From Ranitomeya imitator (Eukaryota), in NCBI RefSeq assembly GCF_032444005.1, contig NC_091282.1:982452001-982516000 (forward strand): a DNA stretch of 64,000 bases, given 5' to 3'. A program made the translations under genes and the position numbers. This document shows, in pieces, positions 32,418-44,836 of this stretch. The notes beneath the pieces are model-generated. The model was not told the origin of the DNA, searched no databases, and saw only the letters and a program-made list of their open reading frames with translations. The stretch's first letter is position 1; the number at the start of each line of letters is the position of its first letter.

Positions 32418-35400
32418 TCCTAACCCTAACACTACCCCTAACCCTACCCCTAGTCCTAACCCTAACCCTACCCCTAACCCTACCCCTAACCCTAATTTTA
32501 GCCCCAACTGCTGTTCTCCTGCCAGCCAGCAGATGGAGACAGATGGCGGGCGCACTGCGCATGCGCCCGCCATTTTCTTTTGCCGGCGGCCAGGAGGAGC
32601 AGCAGGAGGACCCAGGGACACAGGTGAGTATGATAGGGTCCCTGAATCCCCCTATTTCTCTGTCCTCTGATGTGCGATCACATCAGAGGACAGAGAATTA
32701 CACTTTACTTTTTTTTTTTTTTTTTGCGGTCGCCGGTAAACAGTTAATTACCGGCGATCGCAAAACAGGGGTCGGTAAAACCGACCCCGATCATATTCTT
32801 TGGGGTCTCGGCTACCCCCGACAGCCGAGACCCCAAAGACTCTCACGAGGCTGGCCGGCGGGCGCACTGCGCATGCGCCCGCCATTTTGAAGATGGCGGC
32901 GCCCACCGGGAGCCACGAGGAGCATCGGGGGAGATAGGTGAGTATTGGGGGGCTATCTGGGACCCCTTTTCTCTGTCCTCTGATGTGCGATCACATTGGA
33001 GGACAGAGAAATTAAAAAGAGATCGCGTTTTTTTTTTTTTTTGCGATCGCCGGTAAACGGTTAATTACCGGCGATCGCAAATGCGGGGTCGGTAAAAGCC
33101 CCCCGAATCATGTTCTCTGGTGTCTCGGCTACCCCCGGCAGCCGAGACCCCGGAGAAAATCCGACTCTGGGGGGCGCTATTTACTTTTTCCACAGCGCCG
33201 TTAATTAACGGCGCTGTGGTTTAAGTACCCTTAACGGCCGCCGTTAAAAGGCGTATCGGCGGTCGCTAAGGGGTTAAACCGGATAGACTGTTTTTGTGAG
33301 AAAATGTGCCTGAGCGCTTTACTCCCATTGCCAAGCGAGTGTCCCCCAACCAACTCAGGTAGCGCTATCTCACAGTTGATATAATGTACAGTAGCCGGAT
33401 ATCTCTAATTTTCTAGCAGCTAGCAGCTTCATGATATATTGATATGGTTGTGGTTTCCGGAGCCATTTTTCAAACCCTAGGCTGCATGTTGCTTTCACTA
33501 CTAGGAGCCTGCATGACCTGATCATGCAACCATAGCCTGCACTGTCCCTGGGCTTGCCTCTGAAAGATATCTGGGACATCATTGGTAAACATGAAAGCGA
33601 GATAGTTAACTTACTGTGATTTAAGATCAAGAGTTCCAATGACAACCAGTATGACTGACAGGAAGTAGATGCAAAGCAATTTATACATGGTCACTTGAAT
33701 GGCTAAATGTATACTTCAAGAGCACATACTATGAAAACTCCATTCTTATATTGATGTTAAAATGTATTATTCCCCCAGTAAAATTATCTTCGCTCCAAAG
33801 TCAACTGCTAGTTGAATCTTTTGTCCAGCATGCCCTAAAACACCATGTTTCTATATATCAAAGATAAAATAATTCAGTATTGCAATATAAAGGTTTCTGC
33901 TTCCTGGAAATGATTTTAGGCATCACTTCCTAGAGAATTTTTGTTTTCTGCCATCTTGACAGCTAGCTCTCCATTTAAGACTCTAGGTGGAAATGCCTGG
34001 AGTGGAGTGACCTTGTGAGTAAAAATAGGCTCAAAATGGAAAATACAAATGACAACAGTCCCTGAGGGGCTCTCAATGGCTATACAGTGGGAGGAAAACA
34101 TTTGTAATAAGATCCAACATAGAGGTGGACATCTCCGTTAGGAACAATATTGGCACAGAAAAATCACAGAGAAGTTAGAAGCTTGTAGTGATACAGGTTG
34201 ACATACTGTATACTCCAAAAGAAGCCAATTGTCATTGTATTCTCAGTCAGCCATGTACAATAATTGCTTGCATCTACTGGTTTGTAACACAAAAATGTTG
34301 TTTTTGTGTTACAAACACAAACGTGTTGCCATTTTTGTGATTGCCATTCTGTTTGACATAACTCTGTTCCAATCCACTGTTAGTTAAACATGTTGACTAT
34401 ATATAGAGCTTAATGGAATATTCGGCTTTTAATCCAAAATTTACATAATTCAAGAATTAAAATCAATAGAAAGTGTTGAGTAACTGCTATTGCATATACT
34501 GATTTTGCATTACATACTGTTCTCTTCTCTATTCATTGCTAAAGTTAAAGCTAAAATTCTGTGGATTTTCTGTTACATGACACAGTCAACAGTTAATGGT
34601 ATAGGAATACAATGGGTACTTGGGCCTGTATGGTGGAGGTCCAAAAGCTGCCACTGTTTTGGAGATCCTTGTGGCTACCACTGCCTTTAAAGGACCTCAT
34701 GCACAAAATTTGAAAGTCGGTCAAACAAATAATCTACAAGGGGATCTCCAGACCTTTTCCAATAGATAATATCAGGGGAGAGAAGGTTCAGCCATTGGAG
34801 TTTCAAAACCCAATCCTTTTGTTTTCAGAGAAGATGAGCTACTGCCAGAGGAGTTGGGCAGTGGTTTTCTCTTTTCACCCAATTGAAAAAAACAAGAAAA
34901 CACATGGCCAAGCAGAATGCTCATGTGCATGAGGGTGTCAGAAGAGATTACTTTCTGCTAAACAAGCGTTAAGTTGGCAATTATCTCGTATGTATGGCCA
35001 GCTTGGGTGCAAGTGATTTTATGGATACAAATACTGACTTTCTTGACCTGTGAAATAGCAGGAATTATTCAGCTGCCCTTGTACAAGAGGATACAGCCAG
35101 ATGGACTGAGTTACTGAGCATGTGTGACCACCGATATTGGACAAATAAAAGGTTGTATTCTGATGAAGCATTACAAAAAACAGCAGTGGACACTATTACA
35201 ACCACGTAACAATATTCAGATGCAGGGACATTCTTTAAAACTATTTCAATTGAAAAATTATGTTTTGCAATAGCCCTGTCAATCCTTTATAGACATATCT
35301 AAGTTCTTATCTATATGTGGTGCTTTAAGTGATACATTTCACATATTGCTCCAAGCTATATCTTAAAAACAAATAAAAAAAAACACAATGACAAATTAAA

Positions 35401-36752
35401 ATGTTACAAAAGTCACTATCATTTACATCTATATATGATATATTGCACATTCAGAGATTCTATTTTGGAAATTTTTTAGATTGTCATTGGTTGTAAAATC
35501 TGGATGCAGAACTCAGTCTAAAAGGTTTTGTGCACATGGTCAGTATTTGCAGCAAATTTTTCTGCAGTAAATACTGGAATGTTGGCAGGAAAAACACTGT
35601 ATAATATGTGCATTTTTGGTGAATTTCTTTGCCCGCTCATTTGAATGAGTAAAAAACGCTGCAAAACTGCTGAAATAATTTATGCTTCAGATTTTAAACT
35701 GCTTTAAATCGTCAAGGAAAAAAAAGCAGCATGTGCATGACATTTCAGAAATCTCATAAACTTTACTTTTACAGTAAAATGCTGCATTTTTCCACTGCAA
35801 AAATGTACAGGTAAAAACGTGGAAGAAACAAAACATGTGAACAAGTTCTGCATTAGGTTTCTAGCAAATCACAAGGCTTATCTATACTGCCACTGTATGT
35901 ACCTTTGTTAATGGTTTCTCTGCTGTACTGTGACTAGTATTGATTGTAAGGCCGAAAAGCAGAAATGGCAGAGTCCTGTTTGGTTGTCATAGACTAGTCC
36001 AATCACCAGAGTGTACAGTTCTGTGCAAAGGTTTTAGAGATATGTAGAAAAAATGTTACAAAATAAAATTTTCTAAAGTAGAAGTCTTAATAGTTTTTTA
36101 TTATTAAAAAAAAATGCTGAGAATAAAAGGCAGAAGCTTATCTATCATATCTTTTCAGCATAAAAAATAATAAGAATTCCTGGGAGTGATGACATGGGCC
36201 CTGTAGAGCCTTGATCTCAACATCATCAAGACTGTCTGGGATTACCTGAAGAGAAAGTATTTGCACAAGCCAATATCCAGAAAAGATCTGTGGCTAGTTC
36301 TCCAAGGTGCTTGGAAAAACTTCCCTGATGAGTTCCTTAAAAAAACTGTGTGCAAGTGTACCTAGAGAATTGATGTTGTTTTGAAGCCATAAGGTGATTT
36401 TTCTTTTGTTCATTCACTTACCAACTAGTTAATTTATAAAAATAAATAATACTTCAATTTTAGAGAGAATTCTAACTTTGGCAGCAATTTTTCCATACCT
36501 GACTGGGATCCAAGAGGTATCGTTTCTCCTTGCAGAGAGTGACATATTAAGCATGTCGAGGTGAGGAGACTTAGAGCAGCAATGCTCCTCTGGGAAATAT
36601 GAAAATTGTCTCTTCAGAGAGGAAGAGGACTAGAACTCTAGGGCCACCTATTGGAAGTAGCAATCCTAACAGTCAATGTCGACCCTTTAACGAGCCTTGT
36701 CACATGACTTAGGATAAAAGCCAAACCAGTGTCTAAATTTGCAGACACTGTG

Positions 36753-37532
36753 TGTTAGGGGTCGAGTTCCCGCCTCTGCACAGGGGGAATCTCGGGCCAT
36801 CTCTGCTGCAGTCTCCCATTCTTCTCCTGCTGCAGTGGAGCCTCCTCAGCGGAGACATCAGTCCCAGCGTTTTGCTCAGTCTGACTCTGTACAGAGAGTT
36901 ACTGCTTCTTTTCTTGCTTCTGCCATTGGAGTCAGTGCTGGGCAGCGGCGAGCAGACGCTTCTGGGACTAAGTCCTGCTTTTCTCGTTCTGAGCATGCCC
37001 AGAGTAAGATCTCTCAGTGGAGATTGAGAGTCACATGATCAGATACTGCAGCTAAGGCCATTGGTCCTTCTAGGAAGGTCCTGTATGTGCTCACGCTCTG
37101 TGACAGCCTCTCATTGGTCCTTCTAGGAAGGTCCTGTACGTGCTGAAACTATTTAAGGCTCGCATGGCCGCACGGCGCTAGTATTGTTCTATGTTATGTG
37201 CTTTGCGCCAGTGTGGTCACGTAAGAGTGTGTTCAGGGAGCTAGCTGAAATAAGCCCCTAGAATGCTGGCACCTCCGGCGAGGAGATTGTGTGCATGCGC
37301 GACCACTGACTGCTCTGTTTGGGCAGTTAGCCTGTGCCTCTGTGAAGTCTAACAGGACACAGTGCTTTGCTTTCACGGCTACTCGGTGAATTAACTGAGT
37401 TAGTCCATACCGCCATATAGTGCCGCCGTTTGCTAGCAGCAGGTTCTCCTGCACGGTGGACCCCGGGCTGTGAACGCACCAATAACAATAAAAACATCTA
37501 TATTTACTCGGTGCGTTCCGCTAGCCCTAACA
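36753..37532 (+). mobile_element. Solo LTR of a related chromovirus subfamily
   Basis: TG...CA, 780 bp; TSD CTGTG (36748-36752, 37533-37537). Confidence 0.93.
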
Positions 37533-37703
37533 CTGTGTTTCGGGGTACTGCCCCTCGTCAGTGCAAAGTGGAGATCTTGTTTGGCTGATTGAGTGGCGTC
37601 TGACCGGGATCCATACCTGACTAAAACTTTTGCACAGTACTGTACATGTACATTGAAATAAAGATACGCGCTAATGGTGGTCACATTCATGATGTTACAG
37701 ATA

Positions 37704-39946
37704 CAGTGGGGAAAAAAAGTATTTAGTCAGCCACCAATTGTGCAAGTTCTCCCACTTAAAAAGATGAGAGAGGCCTGTAATTGACATCATAGGTAGACCA
37801 CAACTATGAGAGTCAAAATGAGAAAACAAATCCAGAAAATCACCTTGTCTGATTTGGCAAGATTTATTTTGCAAATTATGGTGGAAAATAAGTATTTGGT
37901 CATTAACAAAAGTTCATCTCAATATTTTGTTATATATCCTTTGTTGGCAATGACAGAGGTTAAAGGTTTTCTGTAAGTCTTCAGAAGGTTGGCACACACT
38001 GTTAGTGGTATGTTGGCCCATTCCTTCATGCAGATCTCCTCTAGAGCAGTGATATTTTGGGCCTGTCGCTGGGCAACATGGACTTTTAACTCCCTCCAAA
38101 GGTTTTCTATGAGGCTGAGATCTGGAGACTGGCTAGGTCACTCCAGGACCTTCATATGCTTCTTAAGGTACCTTCACACTGAACGATATCACTAGCGATC
38201 CGAGACGTTGCAGCGTCCTGGCTAGCGATATCGTTCAGTTTGACATGCAGCAGCGATCAGGATCCTGCTGTGATGTCGTTGGTCGCTGCAGAAAGTCCAG
38301 AACTTTATTTCGTCGCTGGACTCCCTGCAGACATCGCTGAATCGGCGTGTGTGACGCCGATTCAGCGATGTCTTCACTGGTAACCAGGGTAAACATCGGG
38401 TTACTAAGCGCAGGGCCGCGCTTAGTAACCCGATGTTTACCCTGGTTACCATCGTAAACGTAAAAAAAACAAACACTACACACTTACCTTCTGCTGTCTG
38501 TCCCCGGCGCTGTGCTTCTCTGCTCAGGCTGTGAGCGCCGGCCAGCCGGAAAGCACAGCGGTGACGTCACCGCTCTGCTTTCTGGCCGCTGTGCTCACAG
38601 TCAGTGCAGGAAAGCACAGCGCCGGGGACAGAAAGCGGCCCTGCGCTTAGTAACCCGATGTTTACCCTGGTTACCAGGGGACTTCGGGATCGTTGGTCGC
38701 TGGAGAGCTGTCTGTGTGACAGCTCTCCAGCGACCAAACAGCGACGCTGCAGCAATCGACATTGTTGTCGGTATCGCTGCAGCGTCGCTGAGTGTGAAGG
38801 TACCCTTACGAAGCCACTCCTTTATTGCTCTGGCAGTGTGTTTGGGATCATTATCATGTTGAAAGACCTATCCATGTTTCATCTTCAATGCCCTTGCGGA
38901 TGAAGGAGGTTTGAACTTAAAATCTTACGATATATGGCCCCATTCATTCTTTCATGTACATGGATCAGTCGTCCTGGTCCCTTTGCAGAGAAACAACCCA
39001 AAGCATGATGTTTCCACCCCCATGCTTCACAGTAGGTATGGTTTTTCTTTGGATGCAACTCAGCATTATGTCTCCTCCAAACACGAGTTTTGTTTCAAAA
39101 AAACAGTTCTACTTTGGTTTCATCAGCGCATATGACATTCTCCCAATATCCTTCTGGATAATCCAAATGCTCACTAGCAAACTTCAGACGGGCCCAGACA
39201 TGTACTGACTTAAGCAGGGGGACACATCTGGCACTGCAGGATCTGAGTCACTAGCGGCGTAGTGCGTTACTTATGGTAGCCTTTGTTACGGTGGTCCCAG
39301 CTCTATATGCAGGTCATTCACTAGGTCCCTCTGTGTGGTATTTGGATTTTTGCTCACCATTCTTGTGATCATTTCGACCCCACGGAGTGAGATCTTGCAT
39401 AGAGTCCCAGATTGAGGGATATTTTCAGTGGTCTTGTAGGTCTTCCATTTTCTTATTATTGCTCCCACAGTTGATTTCATCACACCAAGCTGCTTGCCTA
39501 TTACAAATTCAATCTTCCCAGCCTGGTGCAGGGCTACAATTTTGTTTCCAGTGTCTTTCGACAGCTCTTTGGTCTTCACCATAGTGGAGTTTGGAGTGTA
39601 ACTGTTTGAGGTTGTGAACAGGTGTCTTTTATACTGATACCAAGTTCAAACAAGTGCCGTTACTACAGGTAATGAGTGGAGGACAGAGGAGTCTCTTAAA
39701 GAAGAAGTTAGAGGTCTGTGAGAGCCAGAAATCTTGCATGTTTTTAGGTGACCAAATAGTTATTTTCCACCATAATTTGCAAAATAAATCTTGCCAAATC
39801 AGACAAGGTGATTTTCTGGATTAGTTTTCTCATTTTGACTCTCATAGTTGTGGTCTACCTATGATGTCAATTACAGGCCTCTCTCATCTTTTTAAGTGGG
39901 AGAACTTGCACAATTGGTGGCTGACTAAATATTTTTTTTCCCACTG
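37704..39946 (-). mobile_element. Decayed full-length Tc1 with TIRs of about 200 bp
   Basis: TA-CAGTGGG...CCCACTG-TA; [11 protein letters not shown] start at 39582; frameshifts; about 1.6 kb after removing the nested MITE. Confidence 0.92.
38166..38805. mobile_element. PIF/Harbinger-type MITE nested in the Tc1
   Basis: TSD TTA (38163-38165, 38806-38808); TIR GGTACCTTCACACT; internal perfect 33-bp hairpin. Confidence 0.9.
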
Positions 39947-42544
39947 TACCAATGAAACTGAGAATTGTTTTTTTTCAGCACCAAATTTTGTTCTTGCAAT
40001 AGTACCGATAAATTAGATTATGAATCTGATAAAGTCTTACCTAGTTTTTAAGAGAAGCAGTTTTAGAAAGAGACATTATATTGGTTCTTGTTCTAACTAT
40101 ATCAGAAAGAAATGACCTACATTTTCTACTGAGGTGGTGCTTTACGATACTGTGAGTAGCTTAAAATAAAAAATTACAGATACATAACATATTCAACCTT
40201 TTTTACTGCTTTATATATTATTGAACTTGTGCAGCCTCAGCATAAGGTAATAATTAGGTTTATTATTAGGTAATAAGTATGTGTTACAGACTTTTTGCTT
40301 TCTGAATTGTGTTTTGTGAGACTGTGATTACCTTGAAATAAAGAAAAATGATATACACTATTATAGAGACATGTTTCGTATTAAACTCATGCAATCTAAG
40401 CATAAAATAGTAAAAATAACACATACTGTATATGGATGAGATTAAACTTTTCTAACATAAAAAGTGAACTGATATTAAAGCGTTAATCAAAAGGAAATGG
40501 AATGAGAAAGACTGCTGGGCAAATTAGACTTGATGTGTAGAATTGCATAGGGATGGGAAAAAAACTTGGCCATAGTAAGAAATCTGTTACATCTATACCT
40601 AAGAGGGAATGGATAATGGAAAAAGCAAATGACATGAGCGTTTTGGGAAAAGCCGTTTGAAGTAGCAATGTTAACATGCTTACAGCAGACGGTTCTTAGG
40701 CCCTTGCCACCATTCTCGAAAACACTGCCTTTTATCAAAGCCCTAAGAACAGAGACACGAAGACCATTCATTTTGTTGTCCAGTAGATGGGAGAAATAAT
40801 GGCTTGTGATAGAGGATTAGAAATAAGAGCACAGTGATAACTGTTCGAAATCTGTAGGAGCAAGTGTTTAGTGAAGCATGCTTTGAAAGAGAAGCAGGGC
40901 AAATACAATAGAAATATGTGGCTTACAAAAGACCGTGTTCTTCCGGCAGTCTACAGATTGCAGACGGCATGGCACCAAACAATAGTAGAGATGTCAGGAT
41001 CGATTTTTTTATCACAGTTCAGCGCTTGAGCTGTTTGCAAAAAACATTCTAGAATTATAATAATACCATATTGTTGTATTAAGAAGCCCCACGTGTTCAA
41101 CTGAATACTTGCCTTGCTATTTATTTCACCTATTCAATCCTTTTCTGTTATTCACATCTTTACAATCACAAATTGTCAGCTGTCCCCATGACCGAACGTA
41201 CAAGATTATCAGAAACAAGTGTTCATAGGAACACTTGTTTCCTAATAATTGAGAATATAAATGGCTCCCAAACAGCCGATGAACTAACACTATGTTCATT
41301 TCTCAGGTGAAATGATCTTTAATGTTGCTTAAAAAAAACCATTGTTCTAAGCTGCACATGATCCTCTGTAAACATGACAGTGCTGCTGAAAATAATGACA
41401 GTCCATGAGCACAGACTGATCTATAAATGATTGTTCTATGCGCAAAGGGATCGGCGTGTCTAAAAAGGGAATTAAGTGACCACTGATCAGCTTTTATGTA
41501 TCTGATATGCAGATGTTTAAGTCCTCTAGTATGCCAGTGTAAACGAGAACAAGATGTACGGTGGTTTTCCCAAGTTATGGTAGCAAGGATTAGTGTGTCA
41601 AGTGTGGCCAGTTTTCTGTAACAACAATTTCGAAAAGACTGCAGTAGAGAAGACAGCGGGGACGAAAACAGGAGGTAGAAACAATGCAAACATATGCAGG
41701 TCATGCAGCAGATGGCAGGGAAGGAATTCAGAGAGCAGGCACCAGAGAGCAGCTGGGTCAGGAGTTGAAGAGGTAAATGATTCATGCAGGGAAAAGAGAC
41801 TTCCTGTTTTTACATAGAGCATAGAGCAGAGAAAGGAGAATAATTAACTGGGTAGTAGGGCAATATGAGCAATTGTATGTCCACAGTGCTATATAATGTA
41901 ATGACTGCAATAAATTAAGAAGATAGAAACTGTGATGGGAGGAGTGCTTCTTTAACTAAATCTTCTCTGAGGAAGCTACTATACTCTACAAATGCAAGTA
42001 GTTTCTAAAAGACTGACATGCCACTGTGTTTTCTACAAGTGTTATCATGCCAAGTTGCATCCGAGGCTTGGTCCTAAACATAGGACACAAGAACAGAATG
42101 GTAGATGATTCTGTTGTCATTCCACATTTTCCATTAAGTAAACCCAAATTTAAATCTTGAAATATCTCGACTACAGGAACAGTGTGCCTGTCACTGATGC
42201 ATCTGAACAAGAGGTAAATTACCATACATTTTACTTATGTAATCTATTGTTTTCCTGGGATATAGGTATCTGCTAGGTTTTTAAACCCTGCCACCAATAA
42301 AATAATAAATAACACTCATCAACGCAATTTTTCTGGCAAAAGGTTTTAAAACATATTTTAAGTCAGTTTTGGCTGCTGATTATGAATATGAACTCCGTTT
42401 TTGGCTATCACATCAGAATTTCGAGATATTTTACATTTTTGATGAAAATTACTCCTAATGTTTTTTTTATAAAAACACATGATTTTCGGTACTACATTTT
42501 GTATATTTTTAATCAAGCGCACAGATGAATGGCAAATGGCAGTT

Positions 42545-43135
42545 ATTTGAACTTTCTTTTCTTGGCTGATCTGTGATGTACAGAGTCTGAGTTGTCTGTC
42601 ATTAAGCTCCAGCAATAGTCAGCCATCATATGTGAGTCCCACCGGCCTTGATACCGTTCTTCCATTGTTTTAATGTCCTGATGAAAATGCTCCCCTTGTT
42701 TCTCGCTCACATCCCCAAGGTTCTCTGGAAAAAAGTCCAAATGGCTGTGTAAATAGTGAATCTTGATACTCATTCTACATCCAAGATTTCGCAGACTCGT
42801 TAGTAGCTCTTCCACAATCTCTTCATAGTTGTCTGCTTTCTTATTCCTTAGAAAATTCTGCACCACATTACAAAATGCATTCCAAGCTCTTTCTTCTGTC
42901 CCATTCAATGATGTTATAAAATGTGGGTCTCTCATAAGTGTTCTTATTTGAGGTCCATCAAATATTCCAGCATTTGTCTTCTCTTCATTAAGACCAGGAA
43001 AAGTTGAACATATATAGTTAAAGCATTCTCCACTGTGATTGAGAGCTTTGACAAACTGCTTCATCAATCCAAGTTTTATGTGTAAGGGAGGAAGACAATG
43101 TCCTTCCTATCCACTAGAGGATCATGGATGACATT
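42545..43135 (-). pseudogene. DNA transposase C-terminal fragment, probably CMC/Chapaev3-like, in an internally deleted element (about 42190-43520)
   Basis: LHIKLGLMKQFVKAL...IFDGPQIR...KIHYLHSHLDFFP...QGEHFHQDI...RYQG.W...MADYCW; frameshift near 43085. Family assignment is from memory of the motif set. Confidence 0.6.
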
Positions 43136-43715
43136 CTTATCACCAGATGCCAAACTCTCGCTGAAGCCATTCAGTTTTCACCCAATGCTCTGCTGTAGCT
43201 CTACTGTCCCAGTAGCACAGAAAACAAGGGTGTTATCATAACAAATGGGAATTATGCATGTTCAAAGAAAACAAAGATATTCTCACATTTATTGGGAGAC
43301 TAAATGAAAACTAAATTTACCTTAGTGAACCGTATAAACCGGCACTTTTCATACACTACTTATATTTATCATGGAATTCATGAAAATGGGCTATATACCT
43401 ATAGCGCAAAAATGTGATGTGATAGAGAAATTATAAGATCAGATTTGAATTCAGCACCCTCAAATTAGTCTAAAACTGTTCTTAAAGTCCATGCCAGTAG
43501 AAAAATTTGTAATCAAATAAGATGAATGTGCATGTTTATGTGAAAAGTCTTTAAAGGTAGCTGTCAGCTAGGCTATTGATGAGCTATCTTATGTGTATTG
43601 TAAAGCCTTTTTGAACTATATTCCTCAATATTGAAATTGTCTTTATCCCAGTTACACTAACAGCTTAATGTTACATTGATTTGGTTGTGGAACCAGTGGC
43701 AACACCATGCCACAT

Positions 43716-44836
43716 TGTGGCGCCCCAGGGTCCTGGTCATCACAGTAATGTCGCTTTCCTCATGGGGAGAGTAATGCTACGTTTAGAGGCAAGAAAGGAT
43801 AACTGTAACCAGGTACCACAAACATTCAACACATTCACACTCCAGGCCACCAGGGGGAGCTTTTGATCCTACTAGATGACTCCAATATATATATATATAT
43901 AACTGGTAGTCTGTAGGGAAAGTTAGTGAGTTCCAGACGGCAGTCTTAGGAGGGTTTACGGAGCTGTGTATGCCACAGTGCTACAGCTCCTGGAAAGAGA
44001 CATTTAGAAAGCAGAATTGATTGCAGTGAGCATGCAGGAGAGGAAGCACAGAAGAGGATACCAGATGGAGACCAGCCCCGAGCAGGCTGCCTCCTTCTAA
44101 GGCGCAGAAATCCGGTAGCCGGACCACCAAGGTTGTAAAGACCTCCACGCCTTACATCAGAGACCGGCAGGACAGCTGAACTTCAAGTTCCCTGTCCGAC
44201 CCAAAACCCAGGAGGCACGGTGACACCCTTCAGAGCTGGGTCATCTAAGAGACCCTATAAACAGGCTCAAGACACTAGTCATAAGGGTTATGTCCTATCC
44301 TACCTGAAAGAGAGAGATAACATCTGTGAGGACCTTATGTGAAGCTTCTAGCAGTAAGGAACTACACCACTACAGCGCAAAGGAAAGCTTCTATTTTCCA
44401 CCTGGATAAGGGGACTCTGGACTTGCCTCTAAATTGGCCGGACCCTACCTGCCCTGTGATCCAGTGCTCTGGACTGTGGCTGCTAAAGTCTTCAGTAAAT
44501 GAGGTAAAGAGACTGCAAACCTGTGTCCTCGTTCATTACTGCACCCCTCACCATTCTACCATCTTCACACTGGGAAGCCCTGGGGATCTACTTCACCTGT
44601 GGGAAGGTATACTATCTAGCTGCCATAACATCACCCCAATGAACCCCTTAAAGCAGCGTCGGTCACCCTGACCGAATACCACAGGTGGTGTCACGAACAT
44701 AAACTTTATTCTCTTTAAATACATTTCCCTTTTACATGGGCGCCCAGGGCCACGGACCGGGACACAACCACCTTGACATCCCCCTGTGAACACCGGACCC
44801 GGCACCGAGTACCCCACGGCCCTGGTGGGCGACTCG
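43716..44836 (+). mobile_element. Solo LTR (Gypsy-type, unrelated family), 1121 bp
   Basis: TGTGGCGCCC...GGGCGACTCG (terminal CA mutated to CG); 4-bp TSD ACAT. Confidence 0.8.

Larger units (their letters stand above)
31445..32508 (+). repeat. Interstitial telomere-like (CCCTAA)n variant array
   Basis: CCCTAA with CCTAAT, CCCAAC and TTTAGCCCCAA variants; interrupted by a MITE and the gap. Confidence 0.92.
28628..33273. mobile_element. Large non-autonomous piggyBac-like element with internal tandem repeats and a telomere-like array
   Basis: TTAA at 28624-28627 and 33274-33277; TIR CCCCTTAG(T/C)GAC; no transposase; spans the N gap. Confidence 0.8.
27772..33374. mobile_element. Solo LTR (about 953 bp, unrelated family) split by a 4.6-kb piggyBac-like insertion
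   Basis: TGTGA...TCACA termini with imperfect inverted ends; 4-bp TSD GTTG (27768-27771, 33375-33378). Confidence 0.8.

Noticed and set aside
31445-32508. True chromosome end or fusion site
   Set aside because: Degenerate, single orientation, and enclosed by matching TIRs and TSDs with ordinary sequence on both sides.
31582-32890. LGLGLG, RVRVRV and TLTLTL ORFs
   Set aside because: Translations of the hexamer repeat, some running through N.
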